A stretch of 59,629 nucleotides of DNA, counting the filler, from Dirinaria sp. TL-2023a (lineage: Eukaryota), in NCBI GenBank assembly GCA_051941275.1. It is 6 parts of 6 records of this genome, joined end to end, with 100 filler letters (N's around TTAATTAATTAA, not from the genome) between each part and the next. Parts side by side here need not be neighbours in the genome. Positions count along the whole stretch, not along the records: positions 39,848 to 49,689 come from JAVEBF010000999.1; positions 49,790 to 59,629 come from JAVEBF010001000.1; 4 more parts are not named here. One strand, written 5' to 3'. Numbering within the stretch: position 1 is the stretch's first letter; each line of letters starts with the position of its first letter. Below, piece by piece: positions 48,016 to 59,629 of this stretch. The translations under genes and the position numbers were made by a program. The notes under the pieces were generated by a model. That model ran no database searches, was not told the origin of the DNA, and saw nothing but the letters and a program-made list of their open reading frames with translations.

Positions 48016-49674
48016 ATGGATATCTTAGAATCTGCATCGCGCATGTTGATGTCACTTCTTCAAGATCCCTTCAGTACTGGCAAGCGGCGAGTTACGTATT
48101 CTTCTCATAGTCCAATTGAAAGCTCGGACTACGCCCTCCCCAACTCCAACCGGACTGGACAACATGTCCCATATAATTTCCAAGACATCCCCAAATACGC
48201 TACCGAAGTGACCGGCCTTCCCCTGATTGCTCTAATCTTGCTGAGTATCGTAAGTCATTCCTACACCAGTCTGGGTGCTGATGCTGAGCAGGTGTAGGTC
48301 ATTGTCTACCCCATAACCAAAGCAATCTACAACATTTATTTTCATCCCCTCTCCAAGTTTCCTGGGCCACTTTTCGCAGCAGCCACCAAGATCCCAGTAG
48401 CCTTAGTGACATGGGACGGCAGCCTCTGCCAATGGCAAAGGGACTTACATCATTACTATCGCAGTGATGTTGTCCGCATCGCGCCCGATGAGCTCTCTTT
48501 CATTGATCCCTCTGCGTGGAAGGATCTCTATGGGCATAAGCCTGGCCCTGAGCGTTTCCAAAAGGATTTGCTCCTGTATTCGGGCGTGGAGAGCATAGTC
48601 ACAGCTCCTGATGCTGATCACAGCCGAATGCGCCGCTTGCTTTCACATGCGTTCTCGGACAAAGCCTTGCGAGAGCAAGAAGGCCTCGTCCAGGCTTATG
48701 TGGACAATTTAGTCGATGGCCTTAAATCACAGGTTGAAAGCCCCACAAAAGGCAAGGTAGACATGACCGACTGGTTTCAATGGCTCATCTTCGACATAAT
48801 TAGTGATTTCTCGTTTGGGGAATCATTTAACTGCCTCAATGACACTCGTCATCATGGTTGGGTAACCATATTGCTGGATAATCTTCGAAGCGTAGTTCTG
48901 CACAGCGTAATGGAACGTTTCCCACCACTCGATCGGTTATTGAAGCTGTGTATTCCCAAAAGCGTGGATAAGGCGAGGGTAGATCACCTACAGATGTCGG
49001 CCGAAATGGTGGAGCGAAGAATCAACACAAAGACCACGCGACCGGATTTTTTATCTTACATCTTGAAAAACAACGAAGGAGGCAAAGAGGCAGGCGGAAT
49101 GACCATGGAAGAAATCAAGAAAAACGCAGGGACATTAATTGCAGCAGGAAGTGAGACGACCGCGGCATTGCTGTGTGGAGCTGTCTGGTTTCTCCTGACG
49201 AACCCGCACTGCATGGAGAACCTCCTGGAGGAAATTCGACCTTTCAAGAAGAAAGAGGACATCAAACTCGCCAACGTCGACCACTTGCAATATTTTGAGG
49301 CCGTCATCAACGAATCGTTCCGCATGTATCCCCCAGCCCTGTTGGGACAGCCGAGGATCGCGCCAAAGGGAGGAGCCAAGGTCAGTGGACACTATGTGCC
49401 TGGTGGTGTAAGTTCCCGCTTTTCTTCATCATTTGAGCAGGTCTCAAGACAACCTCCTTCTCTCCACAGCCGAAACTCTGCTGACATGGTCTTTTTAACA
49501 ATCTCAGACTCGCGTAATATTGAACCAATACGCCTCCAACCACTCGCACCTGAACTTCAACTCCCCCGAAGTCTTCGCCCCTTCGCGCTGGTTGGGCAAT
49601 GAGCATTTCGCAAAGGACAAGCGGGAAGTGGTGCAGCCGTTCTCGATCGGTGCCCGCAACTGTATCGGCAAGAA
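48016..49674 (+). CDS. Cytochrome P450 (CYP65/Tri11-like), 3'-truncated by the contig end; exons 48016-48249, 48298-49407, 49508-49674
   Basis: IYNIYFHPLSKFPGP, VVRIAPDELSF, HAFSDKALREQE, AGSETT, ESFR (ExxR) and heme motif FSIGARNCIGK, followed by a GTAAGC donor just before the linker. Confidence 0.93.
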
Positions 49675-49689
49675 GTAAGCCCCCCTCAC

Positions 49690-49789
49690 NNNNNNNNNNN
49701 NNNNNNNNNNNNNNNNNNNNNNNNNNNNNNNNNTTAATTAATTAANNNNNNNNNNNNNNNNNNNNNNNNNNNNNNNNNNNNNNNNNNNN
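49690..49789. other. Artificial contig linker
   Basis: N44-TTAATTAATTAA-N44. Confidence 0.99.
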
Positions 49790-50436
49790 GTTTTGTTCGT
49801 ATTCGGAAGGGGTTTTGTTTTGGATTTTTGTACTGGGCTCATGAATGCTGGAAATGGGGGTTTAGGAGAGTTTTGGCAGCGGAAGGGTTGGATTGGGGGA
49901 AGGAGAATATATATGGGTAGCTTGGACTCATTTCGAAGGATCATTGCAAAGGTGGATCATGTGTATTGGAGAGATGTGAGTCGAGGTATAAAAGCAGATG
50001 TGCAAAGTTATTGAGCAAGGATATGTTTGTCAGTGACACACAGATTTGTTTCAGTTATCGAGGTGTTTGTCTGTATCGGAGTTCCCACTCTGAAGGGTAG
50101 GGAGGAGTTGCTGTGACGCATAGTATACATAACCTCAGGCTGGGTTGAAAGGCCCCAAGCTACCTCATACTAGAATAAGTAGAGCTGCGAAAGATTATGC
50201 GCATTGGCTCTATTTGTACCTAATGTATCTTACTTTACCTTGAGGTAGATACGCACGTGATATAAACTCCATAGGTAACGACGCGGCGCCTAGCAGCCCT
50301 CGCTTAATCCCTAGCGCCGATCACCTCCCACCAAACCTTCGCTCCCACCACACCTACAGTACGAACCACCAAAGCTCTCCCAAGTCGCACACCCCATCTC
50401 CATCCACTGCCACCCTAACCTACACACCAAAAAAAC

Positions 50437-51455
50437 ATGGCCGACGCACCCAAAGGCCAACCCGTTGCCGGCACTACGCGCGGCGGCTTCGGCTCCCGCG
50501 GCGACCGAGGCGGTGGACGCGGTCGTGGCCGTCGAGGCCCCCGCCGCGGCGGGAACAAATCGGAAGAAAAGGAATGGCAACCGGTGACGAAGCTGGGGCG
50601 GCTCGTGAAAGCAGGCAAGATCAAGAGCATGGAGGAGATCTATCTGCACAGTTTGCCCATCAAGGAGTACCAGATTGTAGATTGGTTTCTGCCGAAGCTG
50701 AAGGATGAGGTTATGAAGGTGCGGAGGACCCCCCACCCCCCTCCTTTTCTTCCAGCAATTGTGTGGGATGAAGTTTGATGGGGAAGATTTGAGTTACTGT
50801 GTTTTTTTTTTTTTTTTTGGAGCAGGGCGTTAGCTGATACCACGAGAAATGTGCTTTCAGATCAAGCCGGTTCAGAAGCAAACCCGCGCCGGTCAACGGA
50901 CTCGCTTCAAGGCCATCGTCGTCATTGGCGATTCGGAGGGCCATGTCGGGCTCGGGATCAAGACCTCCAAGGAAGTCGCCACCGCCATCCGGGCGGCCAT
51001 CATCATTGCCAAGCTCAGCGTGCTGCCGATCCGGAGAGGGTACTGGGGTGCGAATCTCGGGGAGCCGCATAGTTTGCCGACGAAAGAGAGTGGCAAGTGT
51101 GGGAGCGTTACGGTCCGCGTACGTATTTCACCCTCTATCCGAATACCCCCTTTTTGAATAGAGAATAAAGAGGCTAATACAGAGGAACAACAAACAGCTC
51201 ATCCCCGCCCCTCGCGGCACCGGCCTCGTCGCCTCCCCCGCCGTCAAACGACTGCTCCAGCTCGCCGGTGTGCAGGACGTGTACACATCCTCCTCCGGAT
51301 CCACGAAGACGTTGGAGAACACGCTGAAGGCGACTTTCGTGGCCGTGGGCAACACTTACGGGTTCCTAACGCCGAACCTGTGGAAGGAGACAAAACTGAC
51401 CCGAAGCCCGTTGGAAGAGTTCGGGGATGTGCTTCGAGAGGGGAAGAGATATTAG
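50437..51455 (+). CDS. RPS2: 40S ribosomal protein S2 (uS5); exons 50437-50718, 50861-51118, 51198-51455
   Basis: RGG-rich N-terminus, [46 protein letters not shown] and [10 protein letters not shown]. Confidence 0.98.
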
Positions 51456-51827
51456 GGGGCGAATTCAATTTCATGCGGTGGATAGAAAACGAAAGCAAAT
51501 GAATGCTCGATGGAGAATGTAGATGCTGTCCCGTAGCTTCGAGTAGGTTTAAAGCTGATCTCGTCTCCTCGCATTTTTCCTCTCCCTAATACTTCGAATC
51601 CCATGAGTGAGCCCCTTCTAACCTCATTACTTACTCTAGGATGAAGGAAGGATCTCAGAAGAATCTTTCGATTTCAAAGTAAGGTAGCTTCTCCAATCCA
51701 ATCGGAAAAAAATACCCATGTTCCAGCGCCAGGCGCTCTAGTATCTAGCGTACAGGAGGTTTCGGACCACCAATTCCCTTCCCCCTGAGCTCTTAAGAAG
51801 CCATAGCAAGCCTTGCGTGGCCGGTCC

Positions 51828-53463
51828 CTAAGACCGTGTTTTCCAGTCCAGCTCCTCTTCTTCCTCTTCCTCTTCCTCTTCCTCTTCCTCTTCCTCTTCA
51901 GGTTGTTGAGCCCCAGCTGTAGCCTGCTCGTCTTCCTCATCGGCTTGTTGGCCGTCTCCTCTTTCACGCTGCAGAGCTTGCATTTTCTGCTTCAGCTCTT
52001 CCGGGAAAAACATCCTGCACAAAGTTGTCATGTCCTCGTACACCACCAGCCTTTGAGTAGAACCTGGAATATATATAGTATTGCCAATGTTGAATGTCAA
52101 CGAATAGAGCAGGTTGCGAGCATCCCAATCCTCCGCCGGCTCCGACGGGGCGAAACGCAGCTTGTAGTTTTTGATGTAGTCCTTGTGGCTCAGACGATGC
52201 CGAGGCGCTCGCCAATTCCCGGTGTCGTATTCGTTGTGACCGTAGAAGGAGCAGACATCGAAGACAAAGGCTTCGTCAGTTCGCTTATCCATTGCTGTAT
52301 TGCCATCCCAGCAGTCACCGTGGATCTACGCAAATGGAGAAAGATCAGTCTTGTCATTCAAGAGACCTGCCTCAGGTGTTCGGGTAGTCCAATTAACGCC
52401 AGCCCAACAAATATTCGAGGCTTCCAAACAATGTAAAGTCGAATGAATGAAAGAGTGAAGATGGGTGAAGCCTACCAGACAAGGTTTAATCGTCCGCCCG
52501 TCAGACTGTAAGGGCAATAAGAGCCTCGGGACTACCTTTTCCAGCGTTAGATCACAAACGGCGTCAAACTCAGGCCAATTGAGTATTGGCTTTGCCAGCC
52601 GCATCACATGACCGAGATGATTCGAGTAGAGCTTGCACCACGAGTCCTCCCACGAATCCACAGCCTGAGCAATCTTGGCATGGCACGTCGCCAGATGGAA
52701 GCCAAATTTGCCTGTAGGCGACTCGGAACGTAGGTGGAGGTCCGCGAGGCGATTCGCGAGCTTGACGGGTTCCGCCGGCTAGAACGACACATGTCAGACG
52801 GATTGCTGATATGAACGAACTACAAAGACAACAACTCTGATAGCCTCTTGACTGCAAGCAATCGCTGATCAAAGTAGGTGCTGGATTTTCGATTTCTGCC
52901 AATTGTCCGCAATTCTTGTTCCTACTGCTCGTACACGTTCTACAGAGCGATGGTGATACCTCCAACTTTACCATCTTCCAAGGCTTGTACTTTTCCTCTT
53001 TTGATATCGAAAGAATGGGCAACGCAAATTGGCTTACCTGTCTCCCAACATCACGGAACTCTGTGAGCAGAAAATATGTTTCCGGCTCCTGCTGCAGGTA
53101 CTTGCCCCAAGCATAGGGTTTAGGGACGAAGCTCGGCGAGACGGCGTGGATAGCCTTCAACGACTCGAACTCTCCCTCGCACATATGCCGACCAGTGCTT
53201 CCAAGCGTCACCACTTTCAGGAAGTAATTTGCCTGCTCGCCCGAGGCCAGTTCTACTCGAACTTTGGCGGTTTTGCCCCATAGCGACTCTCCATAATCTT
53301 GTGCTCGAAGTATCTTTGTCCCCGGTATGGGAAGGGATTTCTCGACACTTTCGTCGACAGTATAGGTCCCACTTGGTCGAGGAGGTGCTATAGGATTACG
53401 AGGCCTCCTTTCCAGTTTACGCTGCGCCCCTCCTATAGAAATTTTCGAGATTGTTTCGGCCAT
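51828..53463 (-). CDS. Fructosamine/ribulosamine 3-kinase family protein; exons 53463-53038, 52778-52476, 52325-51828
   Basis: YFLKV, GEFESLKAI, PKPYAWG, SPTGKFGFHLATCH, VPRLLLPLQSDGRTIKPCL-IHGDCWDGN, FD..SFYGHNEYDTG and SEPAEDWDARNLLY. Confidence 0.93.
51853..51899. repeat. (GAGGAA)n repeat encoding the poly-Glu tail of the fructosamine kinase
   Basis: Read directly from the sequence. Confidence 0.9.
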
Positions 53464-53778
53464 TATTGCTTTCGTACTTCTGAGGGGTCCACCAAGGCCT
53501 GATGCTGAAGCATTGAGATGCTCTCCCAGCCTCGAGCAAACATGCAGAGACCCTTGATGTGCACATCGACGCTGAAGGGCCAATGGTGTATCGCGCCTTC
53601 AGCCTCGTCCGTGACACCTAGAGAATCCGTCTTAGCGTGAGAATCATGGCGGCTCCTGACTCTCAGAGTCAATTGCAACGGCACTCATGCCTTTTTTTAA
53701 CATGTCAACTATGCTATGCACACGATGACAGCCAACGCAGCGAAGAAATGCTATTCTGTACAACTATGAATCACGAGT

Positions 53779-56700
53779 ATGGTCGGTGGTCGCATCTTTG
53801 ATGAGTGGTAAAGCCTGCAGCACTGACCTATTTCCCTTAGCTCCGGAAGATCGGATTCCACCAGCGCGGCGGCTCTGTCATTGGACATGACTTCGATCCC
53901 GATACGCCAGCCGTTCAAGACTTTGATAGAGCCACGCAAAGACCCCGACATTCCCCCAGACTATTCTCGGAAACTTTTACATCTTCCTCTCCAGATGTCC
54001 ATTCCAAGCGTGGAAATGCCGCTAACACCCACCGATCGATCTCCAACGCCAATTCCGAGTTCCCTGGGACTGAAAGCCACAACACTGCAACATGGCATAG
54101 TGAATCTTCAGAGCCTCTCGGGCTTCACCTCATTTACGAGGACGAGCATCCATCGGCCGATATCATATTTGTGCACGGTCTAGGCGGTACATGCAGGAAG
54201 ACATGGAGCTGGGATAGAGATATCACCAACTTTTGGCCACCATGGCTGGTGGAGGAAGAAGGGCTTTCGTCAAGCAGGATGTTCACATTCGGGTACAATT
54301 CTCATTTTAAGGGTGCTGCAACAAATCTAAATATGATCGACTTCGCAAAAGATCTTTTGTTTCAGATTTCCACGTTTTCAAGCGGCCATTCAGCCAGCGC
54401 ACCAATCGGCGAGTACCCAATTATATTCGTGGCTCATTCAATGGGTGGATTGGTAGTGAAGAAGGCCTATATTCTTGGGAAGCATGGGGACAAGTACGCT
54501 GGTATCATCAGCAAAGTGCACGGCATTGTATTTTTGGCTACTCCACACAAAGGCTCTCAATATGCCAAACTGCTAAACAACATCCTTTCCACCGCTCCGC
54601 TTGGTGCTCCACCGAAGGCCTATGTTGCAGATCTTGACACTCATGCCCATGCAATACAAGATATTAACGAGCAATTCCGCAGTTCTTGCACGAACCTGGC
54701 CTTGGTGTCGTTCTTCGAGACCCAAAAGATTGGATTAGGGGTCAAAATATTCGTTGGTATACGTTCACGCATCTGGAACGGCTGCTGACGGAAGCAGATT
54801 GTTGAAAAAGACTCTGCTATCCTTGGTTATCCCCAGGAAGAGTCCAGCCCTCTAAATGGCGACCACCACACGATATGCAAATTCAAGAGCCGTCAAGACT
54901 CTAATTACAAGGTTGTGAGAAATGTGCTCAGAAAATGGGTAGCGAACTTGAAATGTTCTCGTAAGTCAAATTCCTGCACCAGGTCTTATTTCCTGGGCGA
55001 AGCGTAGAATTTCAAACTCCAATCTTCCCGCAACACTTAAAATTGCTCGACAAAACTTTTGTTTGCTTCACAAGTGGCGTGGCTGTAAGGCCGCACACTT
55101 GGCATACTCGCTAACCTGAAGTCAGGGCCAAGCCTTTCCAAGAGTCAGCAAAGTAGTAGCTCGAACGTAGCGAAGCAGATTGAAGCAGTGTTCGGCATCA
55201 GAGATCGTGCCGAAGAGGAGTTAAATATCGTGCGAGCTAAAGTAATGGATGGGACTTGTCAGTGGGTGGTACAGAGGAAAGAATATCTGCAGTGGATGCA
55301 AGGCATTGACGAGCTTCAGAGGTCGAAGATGTTTTGGCTTGTTGGCCTTCCGGCAACAGGTAAGACCATTCTAGCAAGTGTGGTGGTGGATGATCTCGTT
55401 TTCAGAGGACACAGCTGTGCGTACCATTTCTTTTCTTCAGCACATCAGGCGAAAAGAACAGTAGCTTATTGCCTTCGTTCTATTGCTACTCAGCTGGCTT
55501 ATGCCAACGAGGAATTCCGGGAGAGATTGTTGGCTATGCGCGAGGAGACTGGGATTTCTTTCACCTCGCAAAATCAGGACTTCCAGATGATTTGGGACCG
55601 AATATTCGATGGCATTATATTCAAGATGCGTTTTCAGAGCCCTCTCTTCTGGGTTCTCGACGCTCTGGATGAGGCTGACTCACCGTCAATGCTTACAAGT
55701 CACTTACTCAAAGCCCACTCTGTAACTCCTATAAAGATATTCATCAGCAGCAGACCTATGAGAATTCCATCTTTGGCTGCAGGATACGGCTCGCAAATCA
55801 CAGCATCGTTCCTCACAGAAAAAGATACTCAGAGTGACATCCAAGCATACGTGCGCCATGCCCTTCGAGATGCTTTGCCCGAGGATGAGCAGATTCGAGA
55901 TGAGATAACCAATCAAATCTTGTCCAAGGCCTCGGGTTCATTCCTTTGGGTAAAGGTTGCGCTTGAAACTTTACAAGACAACTGGCACACCCAAGATGAC
56001 ATCCAGAAAGCTTTGACAGAATTGCCGCAAGGAATGGACGACATGTACAGTAAGATGCTGGACACTATCGAGCGCCAGCCCCACCGAACACGACTTATAG
56101 CAAGGAGAATTTTGACGTGGACGGCTTGCTCTTGGAGACCCCTTCGTATTACAGAACTTGAAATAGCTCTAGAGCCAGAATTCAAAGGTTTCGTTAACCT
56201 GAAGGACACTATTGTTCAGATATGCGGTCATTTCGTTTCTGTGGACAACTCCATAGTCTCCTTGATACACGCTACTGCGCGGCAGTTCCTCCTCGCCAAG
56301 CGTGAGGGCTCATCAGCCTATATTGACAGCCTAGAGGGCCACGAGCATATAGCAGGCACATGCTTGCAGCATCTGTCGAATGATGGCTGGAGACGGCTGT
56401 TCAAGGTCGTCAGTACTGAGTGTCCACCAGGACCAAAAGCTAGGCGAACGAATCGGCTCTTGATCGCCGAGCGAGAGCATCCATTTCTCGGCTACAGCAC
56501 CTGCTACTGGGCCTACCATGTCTCTAAATCCAGATTAGAGTCTCAGCTACTCGACGGACTGATCAAAGATTTCCTGTCCCAGTATTGTCTAATTTGGATT
56601 GAGGCAATTGCACTGTCGAACAATCTACGATACCTCACTAGGTCTGCACAGTACCTCAGGTCGTACTCGAAAAGGAAAATAAGGCGGTCAAGGCATTTAA

Positions 56701-58973
56701 CACAGGATGCACCCTTAAGCCTGAAAGACCCTCCAGAAGACCATGCAGCCACGATTCAGCAGTGGGCGAACGACCTCATCCGCGTCACTGGTAAATTTGG
56801 TTCTAACCTCTTACAATTTCCATCGTCTGTATACCGTCTGGTACCTCCATTTTGCCCACGACGCTCAATGATAGGAAGCACCTATCTAATTCGAAGCTTC
56901 GGAGCGTTGTCGGTCAACGGGCTGTCATCCGATTGCTGGGATGACTGTCTAGCCACCGTGAACGCCGGGGATGGCAGAACTGCATCGAAAGTGCTCGCTA
57001 TGCACGAATATTTCCTGACTCTAACGAAGAGTACAGGTACGGTGTTGATGTGGAATGCGAACACCTGCGAAGAAGAAAAACGGTTAGAGCATTATGAATA
57101 CGTATCTCACATGGTCACCAACCGCTCAAGGACACTTCTGGCTACTGCTGGGATTGACAACCATCGTATCTGGGACGTATCATCAGGCAAAGAGCTCCAC
57201 AAATTTCCCGTGCCACAGGAAGCAACCCCCATGGCAATTGCTATAAGTCACGACGATGCTGAGTTGATCGTGGGTCTAGATGACTGCTCTGTCACCGGCA
57301 TCGAAATAGCATCATCCCGGGTGAGATGGCGTTATTATGCCGAGCATCCAGATGGCATAACCCATGGTTGTCCAAAGGCAATGGCATTTAGTCCCGATCT
57401 GAGTAGAGTGGCAATGGCCTGGAGAGGGTACCCTCCTCTGATTTGGGACCTGAACGCCAACGAACGCCGCAATCCTCAGTCCCCTCGGGTCCACGGCAGG
57501 GCTGATACTATACACAATCCAGAATCGCTAATATGGCATCCTGATGGCGATTCTCTCTTAATCCTCTGCCAAAGCGCTGCGATCGTCGAATGGCATATAT
57601 ATGACGATGAGCAAAGCGAGTTCGATCATGTCAAGCCCCGGGAGATGGCAGTGAGTCTTGACGGAAATCTGCTTTTGACGAGCGATCACGTAGGAACCAT
57701 CAGCATTTGGACGTTTCCAAGGTTCAATCTTATCTACCGGTTGATCAATGACAATGGTTTCATCCGCGACTTGAGCTTTAGTCCGGATGGTCAGCGCTTC
57801 TATGACACTCGTGGATCTCTATGCAATGTTTGGGAGCCGGACGTCCTTGTCCGGACTGATGAGCAGGACGCGGGTGACCAGTCAAGCATTGGTGAAAGCT
57901 CTACAATGACGGAGCCCGTCTTGACAATAGACCTGACCAGCCAGAGCCAGGTTACAGCCTTGGCACCTGATGCAAAGGACGCGTATTTTTGTTGTGGCAG
58001 AAACGATGGCACAGTGTTTATTCACAATGTGGAAGACGGTCAAAAAATCCGTAAAGTGTATGGTCATGATACTTTCACTTCCGTGATTTTGCTTGCATGG
58101 TCCCCTTCGGGCAAATATGTTGCCTCTGGTGATGAGACGGGCAGAATCCTCGCAAAGAGATTGGAGGTAAAAGAGACCGGGAAATGGGCCGTTTTCCCGG
58201 TCCTCGATGTCCGCTTACCCGAGTCCGCGCAGCAACTGCTGTTCAACAGTAATGAAAGCCTCATGCTTGTGTCTACGTCCTCCGCAGACGTGGTGTATGA
58301 CCTCAAAGCAAAGAAAGAGGTATGTCGACAGGATTGGGTTGTCCGCCAGAGGAGGCGATGGATTGAGCACCCACTCGACCCTGGCTCGCTTGTCTGGATA
58401 GATCCGGATGTGGTTCAAACATATCGCTGGGCCACTCTGCAGCACGGGCCCTGCTCTGACCCTTCTCACAAAAATATTGAAGAGCCTGGAAACCCGGTCT
58501 CGCATTCATGTCGGACGAACCAAACGCTACCAGTGCCGAAAAGCGACACATTAGTACAATGGATTGCCCTGACCCAGGACAGGCAATACCTGGTGTACGA
58601 GACTCTCCCAGACACAGGTCACGCCAGCAGCCGCTCCTCCAGTGCTCTTCACTTGGAGATCCTTCCCACTTCAAGCCTAGGCACACAAAAACACCCTTCC
58701 CGACTCTCGAGCGAATGCATGGCAGATCTAGCGGGGCAAGTCAAGCGTCTGATTGGCACATACCGCGATAGCATGGTCTTCCTTGACCACGAATATTGGC
58801 TGTGCACTTGGAAAATCGACGCCGACGTCCACGATGTGAAGCGGCATTTCTTCCTTCCCAAGGATTGGCTAAATACGGCGACGCTGCAGATGGCGACGCT
58901 GAACGAGCACGGCACGTTCTTCTGTCCCAAGTACGGGGACGTGGCGGTCGTAAGACATGGCATCAGGTTTTGA
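53779..58973 (+). CDS. Fungal NLR-like STAND protein: alpha/beta-hydrolase (SesB/PGAP1-like lipase)-NACHT-WD40; exons approx. 53779-53781, 53841-54752, 54798-54960, 55126-58973 (start uncertain)
   Basis: PLGLHL..ADIIFVHGLGG, FVAHSMGG (nucleophile Ser), FLATPHKGS, DHHTICKF; Walker A GLPATGKT, Walker B WVLDALDE; GSFLWV, LIHATARQFL; divergent WD40 repeats (AFSPD, SFSPDGQR, AWSPSGKY). Confidence 0.92.
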
Positions 58974-59457
58974 CGCGTACGTGGGTCATTCTACCTTAGG
59001 CAAGCACTGTGGGGAAAGAACAGTAGAACCCTGAGTAACAAAAAAGAGCTTGACGACCATCACCCAAGGGCGTGTTGGAAAAGATAATTGCAAAAAAAAA
59101 TCCATCGTAAAAACGTTAGCACTTCGATAGCGAGGGGCAAAATTTGTCATCCATATACAGAATAATCATGATATTCGTTCCTCATTTGATCAACTCTTTC
59201 TCGTCGCAGAAAATCACTGTAATAGCTCTTAAATATTCCCCCTGCCCATTTTCCACACCAAAGGGGAAATTATCTCTCACCCGTACCTGGTGCGGCAGTT
59301 TATTGTCTGACTCCAAGCAAGCTCGTGAATCCCCCCCAAAAACCCCCAAAAAGAAAAAAAAAAAAAAAAAAAATCAGAACATGGTGTTATGATAAACTTA
59401 CGTCTGAATATCTTGAATTCTTTTCTTTTTTTTAATTTTCGAAGAAGATCTCTTCTT

Positions 59458-59489
59458 TCTTCTTCTTCTTCTTCTTCTTCTTCTTCTTC
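59458..59489. repeat. (CTT)n microsatellite among poly-A tracts at the contig end
   Basis: Read directly from the sequence. Confidence 0.9.
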
Positions 59490-59629
59490 CTCTTATCCTT
59501 CTTATCCAAGAACAAAGAAAAAGCAAAGTCCAAAAAAAAAAAAAAAGGTGGAAAATACAGCGAAGAGAAACGAGCGTCGTTTGATACGTTCCCCCCCCAC
59601 CAAAAAAAAAAACACCGACTGTATATATA

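Noticed and set aside
67..49674. SDR, Zn2Cys6, AKR, P450 and transporter as one biosynthetic or detoxification cluster
   Set aside because: They lie on different unlinked contigs, and no PKS, NRPS or terpene synthase is present.
9907..49789. Regularly spaced TTAATTAATTAA palindromes as a repeat array or CRISPR-like system
   Set aside because: Each is embedded in exactly 44+44 N; this is an assembly linker. ORF-track entries containing X runs are artefacts.
50250..50320. Ribosomal-protein promoter elements (CACGTG, CCCTAG-type boxes) before RPS2
   Set aside because: Plausible but too short to support without comparison to other ribosomal protein promoters.
22594..58973. HeLo-like protein and NLR as an amyloid-coupled pair
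   Set aside because: They are on different contigs, and I see no matching amyloid motif at the NLR N-terminus or the HeLo-like protein C-terminus.

Overview
Eukaryotic, intron-rich filamentous ascomycete (Pezizomycotina) DNA; a lichen-forming lineage is possible but is only an inference. The window is not one locus. It is six separate ~9.8-9.9 kb contigs in descending size order (1-9906, 10007-19860, 19961-29804, 29905-39747, 39848-49689, 49790-59629), joined by 100-nt N44-TTAATTAATTAA-N44 linkers, so gene neighbourhoods are only meaningful within a contig. Housekeeping genes: SSN3/CDK8, RRP8, MET13, ROT1, RPS2, PCC1 and an EamA-type transporter. Metabolic or regulatory genes: an SDR, a Zn2Cys6 factor, a Yap-like bZIP, an AKR7-like reductase, a partial CYP65-like P450 and a fructosamine kinase. 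Accessory or immunity-type genes: a lipase-NACHT-WD40 NLR, a HeLo-like/ankyrin protein with no visible NTPase motif, and a membrane-anchored lectin-like gene with a premature stop. Several spliced genes are absent from or fragmented in the ORF track. I cannot demonstrate a new biological system from sequence alone. The best leads are the NLR head-to-head with a fructosamine-kinase-like gene, the NBD-less HeLo-like/ANK protein, a GT-AT intron in the Zn2Cys6 gene, a recurring intergenic TAAGGTACCTTA palindrome family and several candidate microproteins. All exon boundaries were inferred by eye, and family calls come from recalled motifs, not database searches.
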